This document shows positions 20,801 to 29,822 of a stretch of 64,000 nucleotides of DNA, in pieces; position 1 is the stretch's first letter, and every line of letters begins with the position of its first letter. Under the pieces are notes generated by a model, which did no database searches, was not told the DNA's origin, and saw only the letters and a program-made list of their open reading frames with translations. Made by a program: the position numbers and the translations under genes. The DNA comes from Candidatus Multivoradales bacterium (GTDB taxonomy: Bacteria; Acidobacteriota; Thermoanaerobaculia; Multivoradales; J023): NCBI GenBank assembly GCA_965248925.1, contig CBDFLE010000006.1:3328001-3392000 (forward strand), read 5' to 3'.

Positions 20801-20946
20801 GATCCACCTTGTGCAGCTTCGACCTCAGCCTGGTGGAGGGCACGATCTTCGACGCCTACCTCGACCAAATCGCCCTGCCGAGTCTCTTGTTCCAAGACGG
20901 TTTTGAATCCGGCAACACCTCGGCGTGGTCGGCGACCGTGCCGTGA
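17899..20946 (+). CDS. Large secreted FG-GAP/VCBS-repeat protein with Ig/cadherin-like domains and C-terminal FQDGFESG motif
   Basis: Five ADVDGDGDTDILGA repeats, FTYQPNADFNGVDVFTY, VNDAPSF, and terminal [16 protein letters not shown]. Confidence 0.88.
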   Translation: MNQLPASHSSRFWSPVRALIETLFSTLLSACPSAATVLGARSRLTVLAVMGALVTTSGAQAAEVPLGKLTVDGAFFGAVSVHAADVDGDGDTDILGAATTADAITWWENTAGDGSAWTEHSVDDAFDGAFSVYAMDVDGDGDTDILGAAFLSADVTWWENLAGDGSSWNEHTADFAFGGASSVYAADLDGDGDNDILGAARNDGDIAWYENETIHRSAVHPVEHTVDGAFDFVSSVYAADVDGDGDTDILGAAQVGDDIKWWENTAGDASAWTEHTVDGDFDGARSVYAADVDGDGDTDILGAALFADDITWWENQGGQFALPTADIAPVHVINGTTVAALEIDAVHRGRTGDQDAELVTLELLLEDSTAAPLTGAQADALLVELTIYLDDGSGALEPGTDTAVETISSFALTAGILTVSFADADPSVQIPFAASKKYFVGLTFETGASAATPADIRVTHVTEASSTGEDADHDLPIVLEFSSNTASTLVEVNDAAVALSDVAAMFEDGSVVGNVLDGTLGGLDSDEENDPLTALLVSGPSSGVLVGGLAANGTFTYQPNADFNGVDVFTYAVSDGFEDVNSASVTITVGAVNDAPSFAITPSVMVDQDLGPQTIASFATSVSPGPADEAGQSLTFNVTGNTNAALFSAGPLLASDGTLTFTSAPSAVGIAILTVELMDDGGLANGGVDTSAALDFEIEIADGIAPEVVALAAASGGVVEDCAELAGFTAALIVGFSEPMADPLGDSDPEDVTNPLNYQLIGSGPDNDLSTLGCNALAADDVPMPPAGVTFDAVTNEATVAFAPSLDDGIYHLFVCATLEDPTGNPLPGEIAVTFRQSATNVFRNGWVDCDLRDWALASTVPEEIEHSSKDVDDASVSGSVHITNLSGTQFSVGQCVHLSCSAFEVQTRLRIDGATDVRVDVATTCEYFSTAGCTGNVLGQGSSVEMFEETAGLWLPVTNAADATGARSTLCSFDLSLVEGTIFDAYLDQIALPSLLFQDGFESGNTSAWSATVP

Positions 20947-21135
20947 TGAAGAATCCTGGCTTCCTATGGCGGTGTCGGTCCCGATCGCACGGGAATTAAA
21001 CTACGCTGCGGCTGCCCCTGTCTCAAAAAGGGCATGGCATCTGGGAAGATTGGCACCTTGGAAGGTCGCTCGAGCTGGATCGGCGCCTCTCTTCTCGACG
21101 GCTTGACACCGAGTGGACGAAGATGTCTATTCTGC

Positions 21136-21807
21136 TCAGAAGCACTGAAGAAAGATGTGATGTATCTCAATAGGATGATTTTGCTGCTGAAAATGATCGG
21201 AACGATAAACATGCGGCAGAGACTCATCGAAACTTTGAGGACACAGCACTTCAGTCTTCGGAACTAAGAAGTGCTCATCCGACTTGTCTTCGAGGGAGGT
21301 ACGGATCCATGTTGCCCACTGCTCCACAGTCTCTGCTTGCAAATAGCCAATCATTCCGGCCCACGGATGGCTCTTCGCATAGCCACCAGACAAGAAAGAC
21401 CCCAGCCCTTCGCCGCCAAGATATTGTTTGAGATTCGTCTTCGGAGGGTTACACAGTCTTTTTGCTTCGATTTGAAAGCGCGGACGGGGCCTAGGACCGG
21501 CACTCACCAGCTCAATATCAACCCTCAGTCGCCGTTTCCCCTCGCGATCAGAATCGTTCACATGGCGTTCGTCCTGGATCGAAAACCGGTCTGTCCAATC
21601 AGGAGCCTCCGGGTCGTCGAGAAACTCTTCGATCGCTTGGGTGAGCAGCCCAGTGATTGCAGGTTCGGCTCTGCTGCTGAGGTCAAAATGCGAGATCTCT
21701 TGAAACCCTCTACCCAAAAGGGCGTGGACTCTACTTAGAAAATGCCATCGGTAGATCTCTGCATCAGCAGGACGACCGCGGGAACGAAATCGCGAGCGCA
21801 GGCTCAT
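21136..21807 (-). CDS. Putative PD-(D/E)xK nuclease coupled to the MTase
   Basis: RVDIELV...FQIEAKRL motif; ATGA overlap with the MTase stop. Confidence 0.6.
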   Translation of the reverse strand: MSLRSRFRSRGRPADAEIYRWHFLSRVHALLGRGFQEISHFDLSSRAEPAITGLLTQAIEEFLDDPEAPDWTDRFSIQDERHVNDSDREGKRRLRVDIELVSAGPRPRPRFQIEAKRLCNPPKTNLKQYLGGEGLGSFLSGGYAKSHPWAGMIGYLQAETVEQWATWIRTSLEDKSDEHFLVPKTEVLCPQSFDESLPHVYRSDHFQQQNHPIEIHHIFLQCF

Positions 21808-24055
21808 GCGTAGGACGTTTTGGCAACAGAATATTCTTTAGGATCCAAGGCGGCTGAAAGGATCTCGTCGGTATCGCTCATCGCCTGGCTTCGGGTCCAC
21901 CAAAGCCTTTGTTGGGGCTTGAAAATCAGCGTCCGCCCAAGATCGTAAACGAAAAGGTTACGATCGAAGTAAATCCATTGCCGGGTGATGTTCAAATGTT
22001 GTTTTTGAAGGCGTTCCATTTCTCGAGTCACCGGATCGTTCGCCTCGCGAATTTCGATCGGAATGGGTGTATCGTCAGGTCGGAGGATCAGCTCAATCGA
22101 AACGAAACCCTCATGCCGACCACGATAAACCGTCACGTGGTGAGCCGAGCCATCGGCTTTGCCGATGAAGGTGTCCAGCTCCTGGCGCAACATCTCGGCA
22201 TAGCCAGAAAGATCATCGCTAGACGGCCGCCGGGCCGCCGGCTCGCCGAGCTTGCCGTCGGTCAGGGATATGCGAATATGCACAAGATCGTGAATCAACC
22301 AGCGTTCCCGGTCCGATAAACCCAGCAGATCTTCGACCTTGAGATTGAGCCGGTGCTCTAGGTCCAAGAGCGCCTCTGACGGGCCAGCCTGTCGTTGCAA
22401 CGGACTCTCCAGATAGTTCCTGGAGGCCTCCGCCAGCTCTCGATAAAGCTCGCACCACGGCTCAAGCTCACGATCCGTCAATCCGGCCAGCGGAATCGGC
22501 AATTTCTTCAGGGTCCCCAAAGTGCTTAGGTTACCTCTTGAAATCCCTCCTTGAGGAGCAAAGAAGAACTCGAAGTAGGAAACAAAATCTGAGCTGAGAT
22601 AAAGGGCTAGTGCCTTTAAAAGAGGCGATTGAATCGCCGAGCCGGCAATTCCGATTTGGCGCGGAGGAATCGCGATGAATTCATCGGAATACACGGCAAA
22701 GGTACGAGTAGCGCTGACGATGACATGAGGAGGTCGGCAAACGGCCAAGGGCTTTTTGCGGCCCTTGCGAACGAAACATTCTTCCGCTGGGATCACATCG
22801 AGAAAGTAATCCGTCAGTGTGTGAATGTGTCCGACATCCCTGAATCGAGCCGAAATGAGTCTTTTCTTCCCGACAACTTCTGGAATTGGTTCGACGAGTT
22901 CCTTTGTAGCAGCGACCCGTAACTGCATCCCTTCGCCAACGCTTAGACTTTCATCTTTTGCCCAACTCCCGAGATCTTGGAATCGACGTCGTGCCTTTGT
23001 GATCAAGCGGCGATCTCGATCAGTCCCCCACATGGCCACTTTCCAAGGCAGACTGGAGCCAGTCAGCGTGTCCGCCCGATCGATGAGCGAAATCTCGCTA
23101 CTGTTAGGAATCAGATTCCAAACAGCTTTTCGCCGACTCCCGCTAACGGGCCTATTCGCTTCTTGATTGATCACAAAAGGCGAGTAGACCAGCACGGTTT
23201 CGGAAGGCTCTTTAAGCGAGATACGCCCATAGAAAAAGGCGGCGGCGGGCAGCCTGGCTCGGCGAGAAAAAAGAACCTCTCTGAGATTCGTAAAGTTCGC
23301 GACGGTCAGATCGGAAACCGAACCAAAGAAATTCCGACGGAAACTCGGCTTGCGGTCAGACTGTTGCTTGAACAGAGTCATTGCAGGCAGCAACAAACCG
23401 ATTCGACCATCCGTAACCGCTAAATCGAGGACTTTCCAAGCAAAGGCCTCAGCGACTTGTGCTCGATTGATCGGCCGAGCCGACTTGTTCTGGTTCGACC
23501 ACTGTTGGAGCGGCGTCTCGTTATTCGAAGCTGATTGCACGACCCAAGGGGGATTGCCGATGATCCAGTCGTATCGATGCGATCCGGCACCGCTGGCCCA
23601 AGCCGAGGACTCGTCGAAGAAATCGCTTTGATAAACATTGTGATCGTGTAATTTGGGAAGCTTGAAATGAGGTGTGCTCTGAAGGTCTGGCGGGTCGATG
23701 TAATCGAGCATGGTGAGCATCAAGCTCATTTCGGCCACCCGGCAGGCGTCTCCGTCTCGATCGACGCCGAAGATCTGTCGTACCAAAATGTCTCGCAGCT
23801 CGGCCGGTCGCAGTGGGCGTTTTTCTTTGGCCATGCTCTTTTCGATCAAATGCCGATAGCACTGAACGAGAAAAGCGCCGGAACCACAGGACGGGTCGAG
23901 CACTCGCATTCCCGGTTCGAGGGGTTTGTGGTCTTCCATTTCGGTGACCATGAAATTAACCACCGGAACTGGCGTGTAGAAGGCCCCGGATTCCAGACCT
24001 CCTGACCTACCCCTCCTAACCCTCTGAAAACACAGGACCGCCCCTCAGAGGTGGT

Positions 24056-24732
24056 GCGGACCCAAAACTGTCCGCTTTTTTCGGTGCCGAGGCATGATCG
24101 AGCATGGCACTGACGAGCGAGCACACCGTCCTGTTCCCAGACCACGCCGGGGTCCCCGATGGGGTTGTGGTGATCAACGACCGCTGCCGCCTCCAGCAGA
24201 GGGGCGGCTATCGGGTGGTGGTGGTCAGCGGCATGCCGCTCGCTCACTTCGCTGCCGGCGACAGGACAGGCGAGGCCCACGCGATGGTGAGTCTCGTTGA
24301 ATTGGGCTGGGCACAGCAACGCGAGGTGGCCCTTGCGTTCGCTTGTGATGTGCGGACTGTGCGCCGGAATCAGCGCCGCTTCGAAGAAGGTGGGCTGGCT
24401 GCTCTGGGCCGGCCGCGCGGTTTTCCCCGGGGTCAGTCTCGGGTAGCGCAGGGCCGCCTGGACGCGGTCAACGGCTGGAAGGCCGAGGGTGTGTCGAATC
24501 GCGAGATTGGCCGGCGGCTGGGCATCGATGAGAAGGCCGTTCGCAAGCTCGCCAAGCGCCTGGGCTGGAAAGAGCGGTCGGTAGTGCAGATGACGATGCC
24601 CTTCGAGAGTGCGGACCCAAAACTGTCCGCCTCTGATGAGCAGCAGGTCGACGGCCCCCTGAAAACTGCGGATCTTGCGCTCGACGCTGAGGGTGGCGGT
24701 GACCCAGCGGCTGCGGACCCAAAACTGTCCGC
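24056..24732. repeat. Three identical 20-bp interrupted palindromes inside the IS
   Basis: GCGGAC-CCAAAACT-GTCCGC at 24056-24075, 24611-24630 and 24713-24732. Confidence 0.9.
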
Positions 24733-26497
24733 TTCTGCGTCCGAGCAAGATCAGGTTCCCCTCTCGCTGGACCTCGATCCAGCGGATCGCGCCAGCGATC
24801 GGCTGCTGGCGAGGCTGGGATTCCTCGATGATGCGGCGCCGATCTTCGGAGCGGCGACCCAGCTACCGGGCGCCGGTGCTCTGCTGGCGATTCCCGCCCT
24901 GGTGGACAGCGGCGTGCTCTCCATCGCGCAGGAGCTGTACGGCAGCATCGGGCCGGCCTTCTATGGGCTGCGCACCACTCTGGTAACCCTGCTGCTGATG
25001 GCACTGTTGCGGGTCAAGCGACCCGAAGGGCTCAAGGAGCGCTCACCCCGGCATTTGGGTCAGCTTCTCGGGCTCGACCGAGCGCCGGAAGTGAAAACCT
25101 TGCGCAACAAGCTCGCTCGGCTGGCCGCGCATGGCCTGGCCGCGGATCTCGGTCGCGCCCTCGCTCAGCGCCGGGTCGCCACCAGGGGCCATGCCATGGG
25201 CTTCCTCTACGTGGACGGGCATGTGCGCGCCTACCACGGTGGCCGAGAGATTCCCAAGACACACGTAGCGCGGATGCGGATCGCGATGCCGGCCACCACC
25301 GACTACTGGGTCAACGATGCTGAGAGCGAGCCTCTCTTCGTGGTCCCCACCGAGGCCAACAAGGGGCTTGCGACGATGCTTCCCCTCATTCTCGAAGAGG
25401 TACGAAAGCTACTCGGAGACCGGCGAGTCACCGTCGTCTTCGACCGTGGGGGTTGGAGCCCGAAGCTGTTTGCGAAGCTCATCGCCAAGAAGTTCGACAT
25501 CCTCACATACCGAAAGGCCCCCTTTCGTCCGGTGCCGTTGAGCAAGTTCGGGCAGATCAAGGACACGATCCACGGGCGGAAGCTCGAGTACCTCCTCGCC
25601 GATCAGCGTATCTACCTCGAGTATGGCCCGAGGAAGAAGCGCAAGCGGCTGTACCTGCGCCAGGTCACCCGCCTCTGCGACAACGGCCACCAGACGTCCA
25701 TCATCACCTCCCGCCGCGACCTCTCCACACTCGAGGTCGCCTACCGCATGTTCGATCGTTGGAGGCAAGAGAACTTCTTCAAATACCTGCGCGAAGAATT
25801 CGCACTCGATGCCCTGGTGGACTATGGCACCGAGCCAGCGGACGCTGCCCGCGATGTGCCGAATCCCGAGCGCGGCAAGATCAATGCAGAGCTGCGCAAA
25901 GCTCACGCACATCTCGAGCAGCTCCGGGCCCACATCGGGATCGCTGCTCTTGAAAACCGCGAGGATCGGCGGCGCACGATGCGCGGATTCAAGATCGCCA
26001 ACGCCGCCATCTCCGCCAGGGTCCGGGCAGCGATAGAGCAGATCACCGAACTCGAGAACCAGCGCGCGACCCTCCCCGTCCGCGTCCCCGTCCAAGAGGT
26101 CGTCGAAGCGGATGTCATCAAGCTGTCCGTCGAGCGCAAGCACCTCACCGATATTCTCAAGATGGTCGCCTACCAGGCCGAAGGTGATCTTCTCCGGCTC
26201 CTATCACCCCACTACCGCCGCACCGAGCAGGAGGGACGCACCCTGATCCAAAGCGCTTTCGCGGCCGGCGGCGATATGGAGGTTACCGACACCGTGCTGC
26301 TCCTTTCCATCGACCCGCTCAGCTCTCCCCACAAGACGGCGGCGATCGCCGCCGTCTGCGAAGAACTCAACGCTACCGCCACCCACTTCCCCGGCACCGA
26401 GCTACGGATGCGGTTCGCGATCAAGAAGGCGCCACCCCGGAGCCTGGCCTTCCCAGGGCCTCGGAACACCTCCGGAGAGGCTCAACCGGACATTTGA
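24104..26497 (+). CDS. DDE transposase (IS4-like superfamily) with N-terminal HTH domains
   Basis: YVDGH, VFDRGG, RWRQENFFK; HTH SNREIGRRLGIDEKAVRK. Confidence 0.88.
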   Translation: MALTSEHTVLFPDHAGVPDGVVVINDRCRLQQRGGYRVVVVSGMPLAHFAAGDRTGEAHAMVSLVELGWAQQREVALAFACDVRTVRRNQRRFEEGGLAALGRPRGFPRGQSRVAQGRLDAVNGWKAEGVSNREIGRRLGIDEKAVRKLAKRLGWKERSVVQMTMPFESADPKLSASDEQQVDGPLKTADLALDAEGGGDPAAADPKLSASASEQDQVPLSLDLDPADRASDRLLARLGFLDDAAPIFGAATQLPGAGALLAIPALVDSGVLSIAQELYGSIGPAFYGLRTTLVTLLLMALLRVKRPEGLKERSPRHLGQLLGLDRAPEVKTLRNKLARLAAHGLAADLGRALAQRRVATRGHAMGFLYVDGHVRAYHGGREIPKTHVARMRIAMPATTDYWVNDAESEPLFVVPTEANKGLATMLPLILEEVRKLLGDRRVTVVFDRGGWSPKLFAKLIAKKFDILTYRKAPFRPVPLSKFGQIKDTIHGRKLEYLLADQRIYLEYGPRKKRKRLYLRQVTRLCDNGHQTSIITSRRDLSTLEVAYRMFDRWRQENFFKYLREEFALDALVDYGTEPADAARDVPNPERGKINAELRKAHAHLEQLRAHIGIAALENREDRRRTMRGFKIANAAISARVRAAIEQITELENQRATLPVRVPVQEVVEADVIKLSVERKHLTDILKMVAYQAEGDLLRLLSPHYRRTEQEGRTLIQSAFAAGGDMEVTDTVLLLSIDPLSSPHKTAAIAAVCEELNATATHFPGTELRMRFAIKKAPPRSLAFPGPRNTSGEAQPDI

Positions 26498-27592
26498 GAA
26501 AAAGGGTATGTCAGGAGTTCTGGATTCGCGGTTGGATCCTTCGATGGCCAAGAATTGCTCGTAGATCGAAGATAGCGTTTCAATTGGAATGTGGGAAAAG
26601 TCGTAAGCCTTGAAATCAAGGTGAAGCTGGTCCGAACGCACCTCGTCACCCAAGAAAACCGCAGCAGTGTCTCTTATCTGCTGCGGTGAGAGCCCCGAGC
26701 CCTGATCCAAAGACAAGGGAAAGATCTCTCCGTTCAGCCATTCATCAACTTTGTTCACCAAATCGCGCAGTGCCGGAATCTCGAGCTGCCTGCCGAAGAT
26801 TTTTTCGTTCTCAATATTCCAGGCACCGAGAAGGCGGTCGGAGAGGATCTCGCGATCACGGAGATATCTCAAATAGACAAGCTTGCCGATGAGTGCATGA
26901 GCCGATTCGCGGGGTACTCCTTCACCATGAAGGCGCTGGCCGACGGCCTCCAGATTGCTCAGAAGACGGTGGTCGACTCTCTTTTCCGGTTGGACCTTAT
27001 CGCCCCAATGCCTCCAAAGCTCGCCGCTATCGATCTGGGTGGCCCGAAAAGCCGCGAGTCGTAGAGAGACCTCATGAAATCCGATCAGGGAGCTCAACAC
27101 TCCAACGCGACTGGCTTCGGTGTCCCCTGGAGTTTCTTGATAGGCAAAGCCGGAGTAGAGGCGAATCCCTTGGGGGGTATGGACAATCAAGAAAGGGACG
27201 GCGCTTTGATTCCAGACTTGCCGGTGGATCGAATCGGCAGCATTTTGACTCTCAGCTCTTGCGACATAGACAATGGGTGTAGCAGAGCATGCAGCCGCCA
27301 GCTCTTTGCTCAGAAGATAGACCCCCTGAAGGGCACAACGCCTCTCAGCGCGACGAAAAGCATGAGCAAAAACCGGTACTTCGTCAAACCGCGGCGCAGG
27401 CAAAAAGCTAGGCGATTCTGCATAATCTAGCGCGGCGATGAGTTCTTGCGTATCCATCGTCCTCAGCTTAGCAAGCAGGAGACAACCGGCCAAGTAGAGC
27501 GAGCCAGATTCTGCACAAGTAAGGCGTAAGTCTGAGCGCGCTCGAAGCTCTGCACTTCGGCGGTCATCGTGAACCAGGTACCGAAAGCCCGT

Positions 27593-27806
27593 CAACTAAT
27601 CGGTTCGGGTCCAGACAACGACCTGCCAACCCTGGGCTGCAACGCCCTAGCGGGTGACGATGTCCTGATCCCGGTCGATGTAGTGACCTTTGATGCCCTT
27701 GTCAGCGAGGCGACGGTAACCTTCGCGTCGAGTCTGGGCGACGGCATCTATCGTCTGTTCGTTTGCGATACCCTCGAAGACCCGAGCGGCACCCCGCTGC
27801 CCGGTG
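27593..27806 (+). pseudogene. Paralogous fragment of the FG-GAP surface-protein gene
   Basis: Collinear with 20173-20385 (QLIGSGPDNDL.TLGCNALA.DDV...LFVC.TLEDP.G.PLPG); no start or end of gene. Confidence 0.85.
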
Positions 27807-27808
27807 GG

Positions 27809-29626
27809 CTACGAGCCCCCGTTGGTAAGCTCCTGAATCGCGCGCACCGCGCTGGCGAAGGCTGGATCGATCGATAGCGCCTTCTTGTAGTTGCGTTTCG
27901 CGGCCCTGCGATTGCCTTGTTCGCGATAGGCGTAGCCCAAACTGTCCCAGGTGTTGGCGGACTGGGGATAAAGATCGGTCGCGATCCGAAGTATCGCCGT
28001 TCCCAGACTAGGATTACCGTTTCGCACTAGCGTCAGCCCTTCCTCATTGAGGTAGTCCTCGGGTACCCCTTCTTCTTCCGGATTGGCCCGCAGTAGCGCG
28101 CGGTAGCCGGCAAGCGCTTTCTTGTACCGGCCCGCCACCAAGTGCTCGCGTGGCAGAGTCTCGTCTTTGGCCAGACGGCGATGCTCCTGCCGCCCACCAT
28201 CGCCGAGCACGAACCCGAAAACGGGAACACCGTCGCGTTCGGTGAACTCGATTTCGGCGGAACGATTGCGCCGCAGGAAACGATCCTCACCGACTCGCAA
28301 CAACTCTTCGGCGTCGCCGCCTGCGTAGCGCATAAACAGACGGGAGCCTCGACGCTCGACGGCAACGGCGTTCACCGCAGTGTACCGATACCGTCCTGGG
28401 AGCTTTGTCAACAGGCGCTCGCTAATCGGCTGCGGGCGGTGGGTTTTGTACCCTTCCCAGCCGTAGATCATGGCCACGGCACGTTTCAGCTCGTCCATGA
28501 ACTCCGGATGGTTGGAGTTGATTAGGATCGCGACGCCGTAGCCCTTGTCACGCCGTCCGACCAATTGAGCACAGAAGCCGGCGTCCCAGCCATTGTGGCC
28601 AAAGTAGGCGTGGCCGTCGTGCGTTTCGAGACCGAAGCCGCGTCCATAGTAGGGGTTGATCGGCTCCAGCAGCTTCTCTGCCATCGCGCGGGAGAGCACC
28701 TTGCCGCGGCCCTGGACGGCCGCTTGAACTTCCAAGACGATCTTTGCCAGGTCCTCGGCTGTCGTCCAGAGTCCGGCTGCGGCCATCTCTGGGTAGGTAT
28801 GGCGTTTCCCCGGAACAGGTGAGCCGCTCGGAAAATAGCCTGCGGCAGCGTGTTTCAGGTGGTCCGATGGCAGCGGATTCAGATACGTGCTTCGGGTCAT
28901 GGCCAGCGGTCCGAGCACCCGCGTTTCCATCAAAGCAGGGAACGACGCGCCGGCCGCGTCGACCATCATTAGTTGAGCGACCGTATAGCCGCCCCCTGAA
29001 TAGCGGTAGCGTGAACCGGGCTGGATGTCGATGACCACCGGACCGGTGTTGGCCGGTGCCTCGCCGTTGAGCACCTGGACCGTGGAAGGCACGAGCTCGT
29101 CCGGCGCATACCCGGGGAACCCGTGAACGGTCAGACCCGCGGTATGGCTCAAGAGATGCGTCAGAGTGATCGGCGTGCCGCCGAAGGCGTGCGGTGGGAT
29201 CTTCCAACTGCGCAGGACACCATGAATGTCGTCCTCTAGCGTCAACTTGTCGTCCTGCACCATCTGCAGCGCACCGATGGCCGCTACCGGCTTGCTTACC
29301 GACCCCGCTTGGAACAGCGTTTCCGGCTCCACCGGCTGGCCGGTTTCGCGGTCGCGGACGCCGTAGGTCTTCACCCAATCGATTTTGCCGTCCCAAATCA
29401 CCGCCACGCTGACCCCTGGTACGCCGTGGTGCGCCATGCGCGCCTCGATCGTCCAGCCCTCGTCGCCCTCGAACACGTTGGGCGGTGCCAGGCTGCGTTC
29501 GACCTCGGCGATTCGATCCGCCGAGTCGACCGCGGATAGCGGGTTGGCGGCCAGAGCGATGAGGAAGATCAGGGCGCAGGCATTCTGTAGAACAGCATTC
29601 TGTAGGACAAGAGTGTGCTTCTTCAT
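27809..29626 (-). CDS. Serine hydrolase (beta-lactamase/AmpC-like family) with C-terminal TPR
   Basis: Signal peptide, FQAGSVSK (SxxK), LLSHTAG, YSGGGY, GHNG, and TPR (SANTWDSLG). Confidence 0.9.
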   Translation of the reverse strand: MKKHTLVLQNAVLQNACALIFLIALAANPLSAVDSADRIAEVERSLAPPNVFEGDEGWTIEARMAHHGVPGVSVAVIWDGKIDWVKTYGVRDRETGQPVEPETLFQAGSVSKPVAAIGALQMVQDDKLTLEDDIHGVLRSWKIPPHAFGGTPITLTHLLSHTAGLTVHGFPGYAPDELVPSTVQVLNGEAPANTGPVVIDIQPGSRYRYSGGGYTVAQLMMVDAAGASFPALMETRVLGPLAMTRSTYLNPLPSDHLKHAAAGYFPSGSPVPGKRHTYPEMAAAGLWTTAEDLAKIVLEVQAAVQGRGKVLSRAMAEKLLEPINPYYGRGFGLETHDGHAYFGHNGWDAGFCAQLVGRRDKGYGVAILINSNHPEFMDELKRAVAMIYGWEGYKTHRPQPISERLLTKLPGRYRYTAVNAVAVERRGSRLFMRYAGGDAEELLRVGEDRFLRRNRSAEIEFTERDGVPVFGFVLGDGGRQEHRRLAKDETLPREHLVAGRYKKALAGYRALLRANPEEEGVPEDYLNEEGLTLVRNGNPSLGTAILRIATDLYPQSANTWDSLGYAYREQGNRRAAKRNYKKALSIDPAFASAVRAIQELTNGGS

Positions 29627-29822
29627 AGGCGGCTTCCAGTAGATTCGGCGTCGGTTGGGGAGGTCCGGTGTCAACACCTACTCCATCACGGCCTACAGGT
29701 TGCAAGAACAGACCGAAGCATGCAAGGCGGCGGACCGCCCTATCTGGGGAAAGACCTGTGTTTTAGGCCCGATGCTTCTCTTCCAGCGCGATCAATAACG
29801 GGCTTGGATCCGTGGGCCGAAC

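Larger units (their letters stand above)
23994..26522 (+). mobile_element. Insertion sequence, 2529 bp, with 5-bp target duplication GATTC
   Basis: Imperfect terminal IRs CAGACCTCCTGACCTACCC / rc CAGAACTCCTGACATACCC; GATTC at 23989-23993 and 26523-26527. Confidence 0.92.
21804..27457 (-). pseudogene. Large N6-adenine DNA methyltransferase (type IIG/Eco57I-like), split by an IS
   Basis: Removing 23994-26522 and one GATTC restores SIYEQFLAIEGSNRES-GAFYTPVPVV in frame. Motif I VLDPSCGSGAF, motif IV GNPPW. Confidence 0.9.

Noticed and set aside
24056-24732. Three 20-bp palindromic repeats as a CRISPR array
   Set aside because: Spacing is irregular (535 and 82 bp), two copies lie inside a transposase ORF, and there are no cas genes.
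20173-27806. Diverged repeat pair as a DGR template/variable region
   Set aside because: Mismatches are not adenine-specific and no reverse transcriptase is present in the window.
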